DNA of 64,000 bases from contig OZ316894.1 of NCBI GenBank assembly GCA_973895155.1, positions 5,046,944 through 5,110,943 of the forward strand. Direction: 5' to 3'. The notes beneath the pieces were generated by a model, which saw only the letters and a list, made by a program, of their open reading frames with translations, made no database searches and was not told the DNA's origin. Every line of letters begins with the position of its first letter. The stretch's first letter is position 1. Below are positions 37,248 through 49,335 of the stretch, one piece after another. The position numbers were made by a program, and so were the translations under genes. The DNA comes from Marsupella aquatica. Taxonomy: Eukaryota > Plantae > Marchantiophyta.

Positions 37248-40088
37248 GTATTGTACATTTATATCATAGTGAAATGTATGAGTGTGACACTATCGTCCCT
37301 AATGTGGTTGTGCTTGTGGGACAATGTCTGAAGTACACTAATATTAAAGGTCTTCGGTGTATCTTGTCCCCTTCTTAGTAGTGTATATTGACTCACTATG
37401 ATCAGATCTGATTTGATCAATCAAGTTTATGTGTCTAGTTAAGACAGTGAATTTCAAACTAATGTCATTTTGGAGAATCATGCAAGACTTCTATCATTTA
37501 ATTAACTGTGTAAATTTCTCTATATTATATTTTGGAATTTTTTGTACTAGAGGATTTGCAATAGGAGTTGCTAGACAAAATGGTGCCATTTATGTGTGTG
37601 GTTTGCTTTGTCTAAGTTAGGCTCTTCAATATAAATCTAAGAGTTCGCAGTCAAACAAAATATATTGGTTGTGTTTTCTTGCTAATGAATAATAGTTCCA
37701 CATTTTCTTCACATTCCAGTAGGTTATGGGCCATTACCAGAGCTCATCTCCTTCGGTACGTGTAAGAAATGTATATCAAATTCACAAGCCTTTTGGATAT
37801 TGACCTCCATTTTGCATTACTTGCATACATCCCTAATGTCAATGTGATTGTGTATATTCACTCTTTTAGGTGAACATTGTTGATCGGTGTCATAGAAATA
37901 TCTTATTTATATTTATTAAAATGATCACTTGAGATAAAATAATGAAATAGGGGAGGCTGTGGCCACTGGACTCTGAAAATTGATGAAGTAATTACAATGA
38001 CAGGAATTCTTCAGACCAAATTAATGTGTATATAGTGCAGTGGTACCGACCTTCTGTTGGGACTGGCAGGTTGGGAGTTTGAGCCCTGTAATCAACTCCT
38101 TTCATCAAGATGATGGGGAAAATCATGGAAGGGAAGGCAGAGAAAGAATGAAGAAAAAAATATGGGACTCAATTTAGTTCAATGGTCAGAATAAGGAAGA
38201 TACATGGGAGTCTCAATTAAATTTAAAACGGATGGAATAACAAGAATGTGCCATATGAAAACAGATAGCCCCTCATAGTCTAAAATGATCGCTCCTCATA
38301 GGCTAAAAGTAAATGAAAAAAGAGACTGAAATTGAGCTGCGCCATATGTTTTCTTTTGGGCGCAAGATTAATTACCGCTGCTAAGGGGTCATTGTGGCAT
38401 GCGAGGACACGGTAAAAATTTCCTCACATGAGCAATTTTTTAATCACATGACCCCTATTTTTCTGTATACAACTGTCTTGCTAACAGCAACCTGGTTGGT
38501 AACATCCATTTGATGTGTGACTCCTATTTTGGCTAGCAAACTTGCTAGCCATCTGGGGTCTTAAAAAACACTAAAATTATAAAAGGCAGCAAAAATCAAA
38601 AGAAATTATAATCATTAGTGACTAGCTAACAACACTCTACTCACAAAATTACTGTTTGCTAGCATTAATATACCTCACGCACTATACAATACCTCCCTTA
38701 GCGTTTATTTCTTCCATTTGTTTCTAGGATTAATGGCTGTATTTTGGACAATTCTTGTAGATTCTTTTTCGGATTTGATTTTGTTTGGACATGTTCATGA
38801 TATTTTTGCCAGGAGATGAGGAGACTGTGTCACTATAGGGAATGTAAATCGTACTCGAGTACACTCTTGTGGCCGCCCTAAATTGAGCCCCCTAGGAAAT
38901 CCCCCTAACCCTCCTCCTCAAACACCAGTGAACATCACAAGGTGTGCCTAAACCCTCCCTAACCCCTCCACCTGCTTGGCCAACCCAACCACCCCAGGCG
39001 ATGTCGATGAGAGGGGAGGATTGGAAATTGAGCAGCAAGCATGTGTGAGCGGGAGACAGCTGAGCATGATCGTTTCTTCTGTTTCTAAAATCTACTTCTT
39101 CTCCATTCTCATGCACACAATGGAACACAATTATTCTGCCTTCCTCTTTCTCGCTCTCTGTTAGATTCCCACCGTGGTCGCAGTCTCGACTCTTCCTATA
39201 TCGACGTTCCGATCGTGGTGCGCTGAGTCTTCACGGACCCTGAATGAGAACAGCGAATGCGAAAATAAACACTACCTGACCAGCAACAGCTGAATTCAAC
39301 ATAGCAGCCCTTCTTCTCGTCCATTGCCACCGGCGTGTGGTCATTGTTGTCCTTCTGGCCTTCTGGTTCGACCGACTGCTCTGACTAAGTTCAACAAGGT
39401 GTTGAGGCCAGAACGACAGAAACAGGTGAGTTTCGATCCTAAGATGTGCTTGGAAATGCTCGAGCCGACTTAAAGTTCAATTGCCGTTCTTTTAAGTTAT
39501 CAGGTTAGATGTTAAAATTCCCCCGTCTGTAGAAATAGACATTACAAGTAAAACTATACCATTACAACCCGCAGGCTATCGAGAGAATTGAAAGTAAGGC
39601 CTACCTTTACGAGAATGGTTTCAAAACTAGAATTTTTTTATTCTAGAGGACACAGTGCCACACAGAGCCTGTAAAGAAGTAACAGGGTCTTTCAAAGGGT
39701 TTGCTGTATCGTAGAGATTGTTCTGTCGTTAGCAACAGGTTGTGCGGTGCAAGTCCAATGAGTTCACATTGGCGGTCTGCAAGAGCCCTAAACATGAACT
39801 TAGGGCTAAATCTTAAATCCTCATCCAGTAGCTCAGGCACACTTTTGTAGCATAGATTTAGTAGCTAGAAAATGTCACGAAAGCTTTGAGACAATTCTTG
39901 GGGTTTTGAGAATTTCATGGAATTCAGTACAGGCCGTTTACCCTTTGCACTTAATGCTCTTTCTATCGTCCTTTGACAGAGACATGCTGGATGAGAACTG
40001 ACGGGTTTGATCCATTGCTTGCAGGTTGTATTATGCCTGCCGAGTTTGGAAACTATAGCAACAGGTCTAGAAAATTGGGCAAGCAGCA

Positions 40089-40613
40089 ATGAAGTCGAAC
40101 CCATCGAAGAAAAAGGCTGCCGAAGGAAAACTAGTGAAGCCCTCTAAACTTGACGATGGAGGAGTTGTAGAAGAAAAGTCCAGACTACAACGGAAGCAGA
40201 CCAAGCAGATCAAGTTCCTTGCGAAATTAAAAGATGGTCCCCGTAACTTGTCAGCTAGCAAAACTTTACAGAAGAAGCGAAAGCGTACTAGAGAGAAAGC
40301 AGCCAAGGTTCTTGACACTCTTTCTTCACTCGCCGATAGTCTCCCTTCCAATGAAGAGATCATGAAGATTTCTGGGGCTTTTCAGAAAAGAGTGCCTAGC
40401 AGCAAGTCTCACCAAAACGTAGTGGTCAAAGAAACTAAGCAGCTAGCGTCTGTGCTAGCTCATCCCCAGTTCAAATCCAATCCATTTCTTGCCATTCAGA
40501 AGCATCTGATGAATACTCTTCCTGAAGCAGAACTGCCTTCCAAGACGAAAGATCAGGAAAAGAGGAAGAAAACTAAGTCAACTAAGACAGCGACATCCAT
40601 GATGGTTGAATGA
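40089..40613 (+). CDS. SLX9/FAM207A-like ribosome biogenesis protein (single coding exon, probable 5'-UTR intron ~39426-40024)
   Basis: Lys-rich 174-aa ORF with LSSLADSLP and VKETKQLASVLAHPQFKSNPFLAIQKHLMNTL, resembling the SLX9 C-terminal motif. Upstream there is a cag|gtgag donor and a ttgcag acceptor. Confidence 0.8.
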   Translation: MKSNPSKKKAAEGKLVKPSKLDDGGVVEEKSRLQRKQTKQIKFLAKLKDGPRNLSASKTLQKKRKRTREKAAKVLDTLSSLADSLPSNEEIMKISGAFQKRVPSSKSHQNVVVKETKQLASVLAHPQFKSNPFLAIQKHLMNTLPEAELPSKTKDQEKRKKTKSTKTATSMMVE

Positions 40614-43600
40614 GGGCAGACGTTTGTCCCTCATCTGGGTGGTTCTATATCCTTCTTGTCTTTGTAACTGATATGAGAGGCTTGAAGGTCGACTTTGACC
40701 GTTCGCGACTCGGGAGTAGGTTGATCATCTGCCAAGTTTAAACCCTCCAGTTGTAAGCTCTAGGTTAGTTCATGGCAGTAGGCTTTTATTTCTTTGAGTC
40801 CCTTGTTTTCAAGCTCAGTAAGGATGAGGCTGATCGGGAATTCGTAGGCAGAGCTCTGTGCAGGACCGTTAGAAGATGTACCCAAGATTCGGGCTTAAAG
40901 GCAGATATATCATTTATCATATTTGGAGGAGGCTATGGAAGGGGAAGTTTTGGGCATGCTTGAAATTTGTTTAAGGAGTAGCCCGTCAGATTTTGCTAGT
41001 TTCAGATCAAGGAAGTTAATGCAGCAGAGTTGATTGAGTTTCTTATCAACAGACGATGCGCAGTTCCAGTTCTAAACTCCTTCAATGTAGTCTTCTGCCC
41101 AGCTGTTGTCGTTATTTTCATTTCGAAGTATTATTGACAAGGAATTTGAAGTTTCTATTTCTGAGTTATCTTGCAGCAGGAATACGTCAGTGTTTATTGC
41201 TTTTCCCTTTGGGATTCGAGACATTTTTGAAGTTCTGTCAAGTTTAAGGATTTTGTGTTTTCGTGGAACAACCTAGTTCCTTCATGTAGTGAATTGATGG
41301 ATTACACGTTGGTGCACACTCGAATGGGGTCCATCGTTGCCATCGTCATTCCAGACTTGCTTGTGCCATCCATAAAAGTTCATTCACTAGACGTATCAAT
41401 CACTTCACATTTCTAACAAAATTTGAAGTGGAGGGATATTCTTACATCGTATATTTTCCAGTAAATTCTGCGATCGCTTAAGAGCGTGGGAGGTCTTCGC
41501 CCACTTGTGCAAGAGTATCCATTGTCTCGTTCGCTTATGTACGTGCCCCTTCATTTTAGTGGTAGTATTCTTCAGACTTCTGATAATTCAATAATTAGAC
41601 GATTGAACTACCTAACATTCGAAAACTTCCTGTTGCACCTGCCTCTCCTGTTACTTCACTTGGTGCTTCTTCATCTGCACTGCTACCAACGTCTCTCAGA
41701 ACTATCCTTCTTGGGGATGTCTTCATGCTGTTTACTCTCAAGAGGCAAGCGAAATCATTTGTTTTGCAGGGATTTACATTTCTGTTCGGATTCATAATAC
41801 ATCCTTGCGCTACTGTTTCTCTTGGATTGTGTGCAAAGTAATGTCTATATGCTTGCTTGAATGGATCATTCCACGGTCAGCATAGTTGCCTTGCTTGCTT
41901 GTCCACTCATCATCTGTATCTGGGTCCTTCAGCTGACAGCTCTCTGGACTGAGGCTCCCTTGGGATAAAAACTTAGATGGCCCCACGTCTCACTGTGCAA
42001 TAATTCAGTTAATATTTTTCACTCAGGCAAAGTCTCATCTCGATGGGTGTAGAAACGTTGCTTTAAAAAAAACTCTTCTCCAGTCGTCACCGTGGCCAAG
42101 AGCCATGTCATTTCTTGCAGTGAAAGCCGTCTGCATATAAAGTCAATCCAACGGCGACTAAACATTTGACGTTGGTTCGAGCTACTGACGCACTGAGGAA
42201 GCTCACCTAGAAGAAGTTGAACCTGGTTGGATATATGGAGTCTCTGCCGCCCGACACGAGGGATCCAGTCTCAACTGTCTTCACAACAGATGCGAACGCA
42301 ACCACAGTTTCTAGAAAAGACAGATGCTACATAACAGCTATACAATTGACAAAAATATTGGTGTAGACTTTGGGACGCTCCTTTTGAAGGAGGCTTGACC
42401 ACAGTAACCAGAAAAGACAAATGTTACTTTGCAGCACTACAAATTGGTTTAGACTCTCAGCTGAAGGACACTGGAAAGGTCTTCAGAAAAGGACAAACCT
42501 CAAAATGCCATTGCATACCACGAGAGGGCATTCTCTTCCATAATGTATAGAAAATGGGCATTCTCTTTCATAAATTATATAAAACTATGAGGAGAGGAAA
42601 CTTTGAAGGGATTCTATCGTCGATCTCTTACAGTGGGTGCTAGTGTGCCTCCGCAGCGGCTAGCTCCCCTTGAGGATGTTCCAATCCCACTTGCCGATCT
42701 AGTTTTGACTCTTGATGTGGACCATTAGCTTTTTGCCACAATCGGTAGGAATGATGAGGACCTCGGTCCGCTTGGGTTAGTTTTAGTCTCTCTCTCTTTC
42801 TTGGTTTTTAGGGGTTCCCTATTGTTCATTTCTTACTTTTAGTTACTCTTTCTTGGTGTTTAGTGGTTCCCTTTTGCTCACTTCTTTTTCGATTGGTTTT
42901 GTCCACTTGGGCCCTCTTTTGTTTGTTTATTTGTACTCTGTTTGGTCCCTTTGTATATAAAAAGTGTGTATATTTTTTAATTTTTGATTCAAGTGGTGAT
43001 AATTGTCAAGTAGGCTAATTTCCTTGTGGTGTACCAGTGTACGAAGTGTCAGGTAAAGCCCTTTACTGAGGGCATTGTGCAGGACAAAGTTCAAGCCCAG
43101 CTTGAGAGCATTCCAACCCATATGCTCCATTTTGGGCCACTATTCCAGGTCGATGAACACTAGCGGGCCCAGGGAGTAAATTGGGCGGGTAAGGCTCCCC
43201 ACACATACCACTAAACTGTAGCAATTAAAGCTTGGCAGTGTACTGCGACACACATTCCAACTTGCATGCTGCAGGTAGTTGGAGCCAAAGCTTGGCTGGC
43301 TGCACCCAAAGGTGATCCAATGGTGGGCAGAGTTGTGGATAATAATGAAGCATTGGAATGGCCCCGAGCAAGCAATTTTGACCAAGGTTGGGTGTTAGCA
43401 GAACCCTATTGAGTTCCGGTGGGGAGCACTCACATATATTTATGTTCAAAAAATGCTATTTGAAACAAAACGCGGTAATCAATGCTCCAAGAATATTCTA
43501 CAGTTGTTGTCCTCCCAATATTAAGCTATATTAGTCTCATACCCCAGACTATACTATTTACCCAGGCCTACCAGGCCCGAGACCCTGGCAGGCATACATA

Positions 43601-43614
43601 TGTCCCTCCCCTGC

Positions 43615-43716
43615 ATCCATCCATGCAGTCGCCCATTCCATCCCATCGCATCCCATCCATCCATCCATCCATCCATCCATCGTTTTCGCATCCATCCATC
43701 CATCCATCCATCCATC
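43615..43716. repeat. (ATCC)n microsatellite
   Basis: Interrupted catccatccatcc runs. Confidence 0.9.
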
Positions 43717-43734
43717 GTTTGCCCTAGGTCGGTT

Positions 43735-43754
43735 CTTCTAGCGAATTCCAGAAG
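43735..43754 (+). promoter_or_regulatory. candidate heat shock element upstream of DnaJ
   Basis: cTTCtaGcgaaTTCcaGAAg: alternating nTTCn/nGAAn units with one imperfect unit, about 1.08 kb before the chaperone ATG and upstream of its 5'-UTR intron. Confidence 0.45.
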
Positions 43755-44818
43755 CGGACCTTCAACCGGCGCCGGACTGCCGTCGATGCAAAAGATCTAC
43801 GCGCACGAGGCGAGGTTGGTGGCCTCCTCTCGCTTCACAGAAGAACGCGACACCACACCAAAGCTCCGTTCGGGATAATAATAATTCGCTCTCAGTCTGG
43901 TCTTCTGTCGTCTCGTCAATACTGAGGAGTGAGGGCCCCCCGCTTTCTCGTCGCCTTCCCTCTCGGATCCCTCTTCACCATCCCGCCCCCCGCCCCCCGC
44001 CCCCCTTGCGCGAGCCCTCCTCTCGTCCTCTCAAAGCATTTTCCACCCCACCGCCTTTTCGGTCTTCTTCTCGTAGCTTCTCTTCTGCGAGAGAACTCCA
44101 CACAACGCAACCCAACGCACACGTTAGGAAGCAACGAGAAGCAGAAGCAGCAGAGAGGGAGCACCGCGTCTTCAAAGGCCGCGCCATCGCCCCGAGACTC
44201 GATTCCTCTCTCTCGGTCTCTCGTGCTTCGGATTCTGCTTTCGATTTAGCGTGAATCGGCGACGAGAGGTGCCATTGTTTGTACGTTCGTTCACCCGCGC
44301 GCTCCTAGTACTGCTCTGTGGCTGTGGCTGAGATCGCGACACATTCGGCTTGCTGCTGTGACCGGATCCGTCTGGCGGGGCGGCTGATAGGTTTCGACTT
44401 CATTTCGCGTTTCGTGGTGTGATAGGAAGAGGTTGGTGGATCGATCGGTAGTCAGGTGCTCGAAGGAGGAAGGAGGAAAGGCGGAACAGAGGCGACGAGG
44501 ACGTTAGGGCAGTTGAATTGATCGCCGGCCGTGGACGCTGGGGAGGGATTTGGGGACGTACGTCGGCGAGGAGTGGGATTAGATTGTTGGAGGTGCATAC
44601 AGATCGGAGTTTCTTTATCTCGCGGTTGGAGAGATACGTTTGTTGCAGATTAGTTGACGTGGTTGTATCGGTTGAGCAGCTGGACGGCACCAGTTAACAT
44701 TTGGGTTGTTGAACTGTTGGGGTATTGGGGTTGGGTCAAACCGTGAGAGCTCCTTGCTGTCTTCCGTTCGGAGTTTCTTATTGGTGTTTAGCTAGGTGAT
44801 AGAAACCTAGCAGCAGTC

Positions 44819-47446
44819 ATGTTTGGCCGCACGCCCAAGAAGAGCGATAACACGAGGTATTATGACATCCTCGGAGTCTCGAAGACAGCATCCGCGGATG
44901 AGCTGAAGAAGGCATACAGGAAGGCTGCGATTAAGAACCATCCTGATAAGGGAGGAGATCCCGAGAAGGTACTGCGAAACGCTTCCAGCTTTCTGCCCTC
45001 TGTGTTGCTTCTTTTCTGGTCTGCTTTGAAAGTAACCGAATCGTTTGTGTGCTGCTAATTATGCAACTTGATGCCGATATGTCAGTCGCTATACACCGTG
45101 CCGAAGTTTTGGCATGCTTACTTTTCTCCGACGAATTTGGTCTAGATCTGTTGGTTCGTATTGAACGTTCGTTTGGCTTTCGTTTTTCGTTTTGTAACGT
45201 GAGATTGATGTGTTGCCGAACTGCGCAGTTCAAGGAACTTGCTCAAGCCTACGAGGCCCTTAGCGACCCGGAGAAGAGGGATATCTACGATCAGTATGGT
45301 GAAGATGCTCTTAAAGAAGGGATGGGAGGCGGAGGCGGTTCCCACAACCCATTCGATATTTTCGAGTCTTTCTTTGGCACTGGAGGTGGTGGTTCTTTTG
45401 GGGGTAAGATTGGGTCTTGTCTAGTCCCTGCTCTTAGAAGATGCTTCCTCGCTTTTGTTTATTCTGCTCCACTCATGACTACTACTCCGCTGTTTAGCAT
45501 GTTGTAGCGATTCGTGGTGTGTGGGGTTTCTCTAACGTGCGTGCCTGATGATCAGGTAGCGGACGCGGTGGCCGCCGTCAGAGGAGAGGCGAGGATGTGG
45601 TGCACCAGCTGAAGGTTTCATTGGAGGAACTCTACAATGGAACATCAAAGAAATTATCACTTTCTAGGAATGTTATCTGCCCTAAGTGTAAAGGGTAAGT
45701 AATCCGTGGATGATCGATGGGATTTTTGTCACTAGTTTGTTTGATTTTGGGAGTGTGGAGTAGTTCCCTTTCTTAGATGTGTCTGGGCCGGGTGGATGTC
45801 GCGACAGTGCAATGGTCAAGTGCTCCCCGGCTGTCCCTTAGCCTCACCTGTCCGTGTAAATTCGGCATTACCGTTCCTCCAGGCCGAATTTTCGTAGTCT
45901 CACCCGTTATACACCCTGGAATTGCAATGGCCATCTCCCGAACACGTCATTTCCCCCTGACGGAATGGATACTTGTTTCCTTTCGCTTGACCGTTGTCGT
46001 ATAGTGTGCCCGAAACTGAGCCTAAACGTGTTTTTGGATACTTGCACTGATCTCACGAGGGCTTCGATCTCGTGAAGGTTTCGTTTCTTGTAGTCTATCA
46101 CTGGTGTTTCTGTAGATTTTTGACATCGCTGGTTTGGGTCTTCCAGAAAGGGATCGAAGACCGGAGCGTCAAGCAGATGTGCAGGCTGTCAAGGTTCAGG
46201 CATGAAAGTTTCTATCCGGCAGTTAGGTCCTAACATGATTCAACAAATGCAGCACGTTTGCCCAGACTGCCGAGGAACTGGTATGTACTTGCCTGTTAGC
46301 TTCTGCTCTCGCGGCAAAAGATTACCTCCTGTTATGATTGTACGCATCTTACTTGCGCTTTTCTCTCATTTTTGGTACTATTGACTGCCCCTACTCTTTC
46401 GGTGTATATTCTCAAATTATGTTTTGGAGCGGAGATGGATGATGTTACCTAGTTGGTAGCGAATTGACTGTGGTCTGTTTCGTTCGTGTACTAGTTTTGG
46501 TCTGACATTGTCCGCTGTTTCTTCTGACAGGAGAGACAATCAGTGAGAAAGACAAGTGCGGTCAGTGCAAAGGACAGAAAGTTGTACAGGATAAGAAATT
46601 GTTGGAAGTACACGTAGAGAAGGGAATGCAAAACGGGCAGAAAATTACGTTCCAGGGCGAAGCTGACGAAGCGGTGAGTTTGTTACCTCGAATGGATGTA
46701 TTTGTTGATTGTTTTTCGTAGTTGCAACAGGAAAATTTTGGGGAGACTCTGAGAGTTTATTCCGTTTTGTGGTGCGATTGCAGCCCGACACACAAACCGG
46801 AGACATAGTGTTCGTCTTACAGTTGAAGGAGCACCCGAAATTCAAGCGCAAGGGAGATGATCTTTTCCTCGAGCACACCCTGACTTTGACTGAAGCCCTT
46901 TGCGGCTTCCAATTTCCAATAACTCACCTTGACAACAGACAACTTCTCATCAAGTCTGCACTTGGAGAAATTATCAAGCCAGGTGAGTTTGTGATATCTG
47001 AAAATTGTGTCTTTCACTGTTTCTGAGTAGTCTGCCTCTTCGTCAGGGCATCTCTCATTCCGATACTTCTGATGTAAACGGTCTGTTTGCGACAAGCTAC
47101 TTATACGGGCACATCACGTCTTTCAGGTCAATTTAAAGCTATCAACGACGAAGGAATGCCACACTACCAGAGACCCTTCATGAAGGGCAGGCTGTACATT
47201 CATTTTACAGTGGACTTCCCGGAGACTGGCTCCCTCACCACTGACCAGCAGAAAGCTTTGGAGACTATCCTACCTCCTAGGCCAGTTAGTCAGCTCACAG
47301 ATATGGAGTTGGATGAGTGCGAAGAAACCACACTTCATGATGTAAATTTTGAGGATGAAATGAGGAGAAAGCAACAGGCTCAACAGGAAGCATACGAGGA
47401 GGATGAAGAGAGCGCTGGGCCTCGGGTTCAATGCGCTCAACAATAG
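44819..47446 (+). CDS. DnaJ: Type-A (class I) DnaJ/Hsp40 co-chaperone, AtJ2/J3-like; exons 44819-44968, 45229-45403, 45556-45694, 46147-46280, 46531-46673, 46784-46982, 47127-47446
   Basis: J domain with HPD ([24 protein letters not shown]), G/F region, four CxxCxGxG-type zinc motifs, C-terminal domain and a CAQQ farnesylation motif. Confidence 0.98.
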
Positions 47447-48549
47447 GTTTGTCAAGGGCGAGAATTCTCGGGGCTAGGCTCTTTACACTCCTCCTTGGAC
47501 CATTCATGTAGCAGACCATTTTTAGCCGTTCAGGTGTCCTTGATATTCATACTCGAGGGTCTCGAGTTTCAGCGATTTCATTAGTGAGATAATATTCAAT
47601 TTGTGGGGGTGTCTTGTGAGATGGGCACATGGGGTAGAGGGTAGTCCACGCCAAATGTTCTCTTGCATCACCTCTTTCCCTGAAATTGGAAAGTAGTCAT
47701 ATGCAGTGTCCCTCTGTGATCAGCAGTAGTAATTACGAGCCCTTGTTTTTGTCCGCACCTGTGAAAGAAAGCTAGCTGGTTCAAGATGCCAATTTGGAGT
47801 CAGTAGCCCATGTGGTTGTTACAGTGTGCTTACCAGAACGTGAAAGCTTCCAGGATTTCTACTAAAAGTTCCAAAGTCACTTGCGTTGGAATTGCCAGAC
47901 AGATGTCCTTTATATAGTAAAAAACTCTTTAGGATTTTGCCATTTCGTTATGACGTCGGTACTTAAAAGAAATATTTTACGCCTCACCTAATTTTGCAGT
48001 GCGTACAGTGTCTTTACAACAGCCCTTTGGAAGTGTTGGTTCCCGCTGGTTCATTTTGAGATGTCAGCACCGAATGTAATGTTTTTGGTTTCTTTCTTGG
48101 AAGTTGTCTGCTTCCCATACGAAGGAAACTACTGGGTGAGCTGAAAATTGACTATTGGAATGAATGTACTTGTGAGCATTTATGCCGTAACTGACAATGG
48201 AAATGTAAGCATCCTGACACCATCATTCACTGTCAAAATTGCTCATGCAGCGAAACCATCAAAGTGGGTTACAGAGCAACTCATGTAAAGGTAGAGGCCT
48301 GTGGTACTCGATAGTGTAGTTTGGGTTCGACCTCAATTATTCGTACCCCTCATTTCTGAGATGGGGTTGTCTCTTATAATGCCCATGTAGTTGCCCTGGG
48401 TGTTACTTCTCTGTGCACAGTGTTCTGCCTAGTGCTGCAGCATACCAGGAAGGAGAGGCTTTGCTGCCTAATGCTGCAAAGAAGCGTGCATGTAGGAAAG
48501 GTATAGATTACGAGTTGGTTTGGAAGTGCCATGCTTGAAGGAGATGTAT

Positions 48550-48865
48550 GGATTTAGTTAATGCTGCGGGTTTGAAAGTCCCTCCCTGAGGTGTTCTCAC
48601 AATTTGGTCTGAAATCGAAACCTGACCAGTTGACATGAGGTTTCCACGGTTCAATAAGTCACCCTCAACGGGAGTCGAAAAGGTGGGTACGAGGAGAAGC
48701 CCGGATTGTAATAACCCTGCTGTTTTTAAAATGCCTCCTGGAGGTGTTCTCACCGTTTTGGTGTCCGATTGATACGATTCTGGCAATTTCGATCTCCAAT
48801 CGAACCCTGACTATTTGACATGGAGTTCGAACCCTAACTCACCCTAAAGGGGGGTCAAAATGATT
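48550..48865. repeat. imperfect two-copy repeat (~170-190 bp period), probably TE-derived
   Basis: gaggtgttctcac...aatcgaa(a/c)cctgac...ttgacatg...tcaccct...gtc(g/a)aaa is present twice. Confidence 0.6.
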
Positions 48866-49104
48866 GTCAAATCACTTAGGTCTAGCTGCTTTACAAATAG
48901 CCCTAAGATATGTCGATTTGGGAAAGGAGTTTGGGGGTGTGCCCTAAAAGAGAGATATGCTTAGTAGACCCCCTTCTGGCAAAAGTTTGCTTAATCAATC
49001 CACTCATATTTTTCTCCTATCTGGTCCATCAAAGATCTAGCTTGGCCATTTTCAGTAACACTCCCCGGGCGAGGTATTTGCTTGATAACCCCCTTGCTTG
49101 ATAA

Positions 49105-49335
49105 CCCCCAAAATGAAAGTTGTTACTTGATCGACCTTCTGAAGTCTATCAATGGTCCAGATCTTTAGAGTTGGTTGGGAAGATACACTTTGGGAAGATC
49201 CCCAAAATGAAAGTTGTTACTTGATCGACCTTCTGAAGTCTATCAATGGTCCAGATCTTTCTGAAGTCTATCAATGGTCCAGATCTTTAGAGTTGGAACG
49301 ATTACTTTTGGGAAGATACACTTTGGGAAGATCTA
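49105..49335. repeat. ~95-bp tandem duplication with an internal 30-bp re-duplication
   Basis: ccccaaaatgaaagttgttacttgatcgaccttctgaagtctatcaatggtccagatctt is repeated, and ctgaagtctatcaatggtccagatcttt occurs three times. Confidence 0.9.

Noticed and set aside
38030-38100. tRNA/SINE-like A- and B-box motifs (also ~31735-31790 and ~48295-48335)
   Set aside because: No cloverleaf can be formed and the boxes are degenerate; at most SINE debris.
38332-38348. miR171-like sequence ttgagctgcgccatatg
   Set aside because: It needs a mismatch and a gap, and no precursor-length hairpin is visible; likely chance.
41250-42000. Possible minus-strand coding remnant downstream of the SLX9-like gene
   Set aside because: Stops in all frames examined and no recognisable motif.
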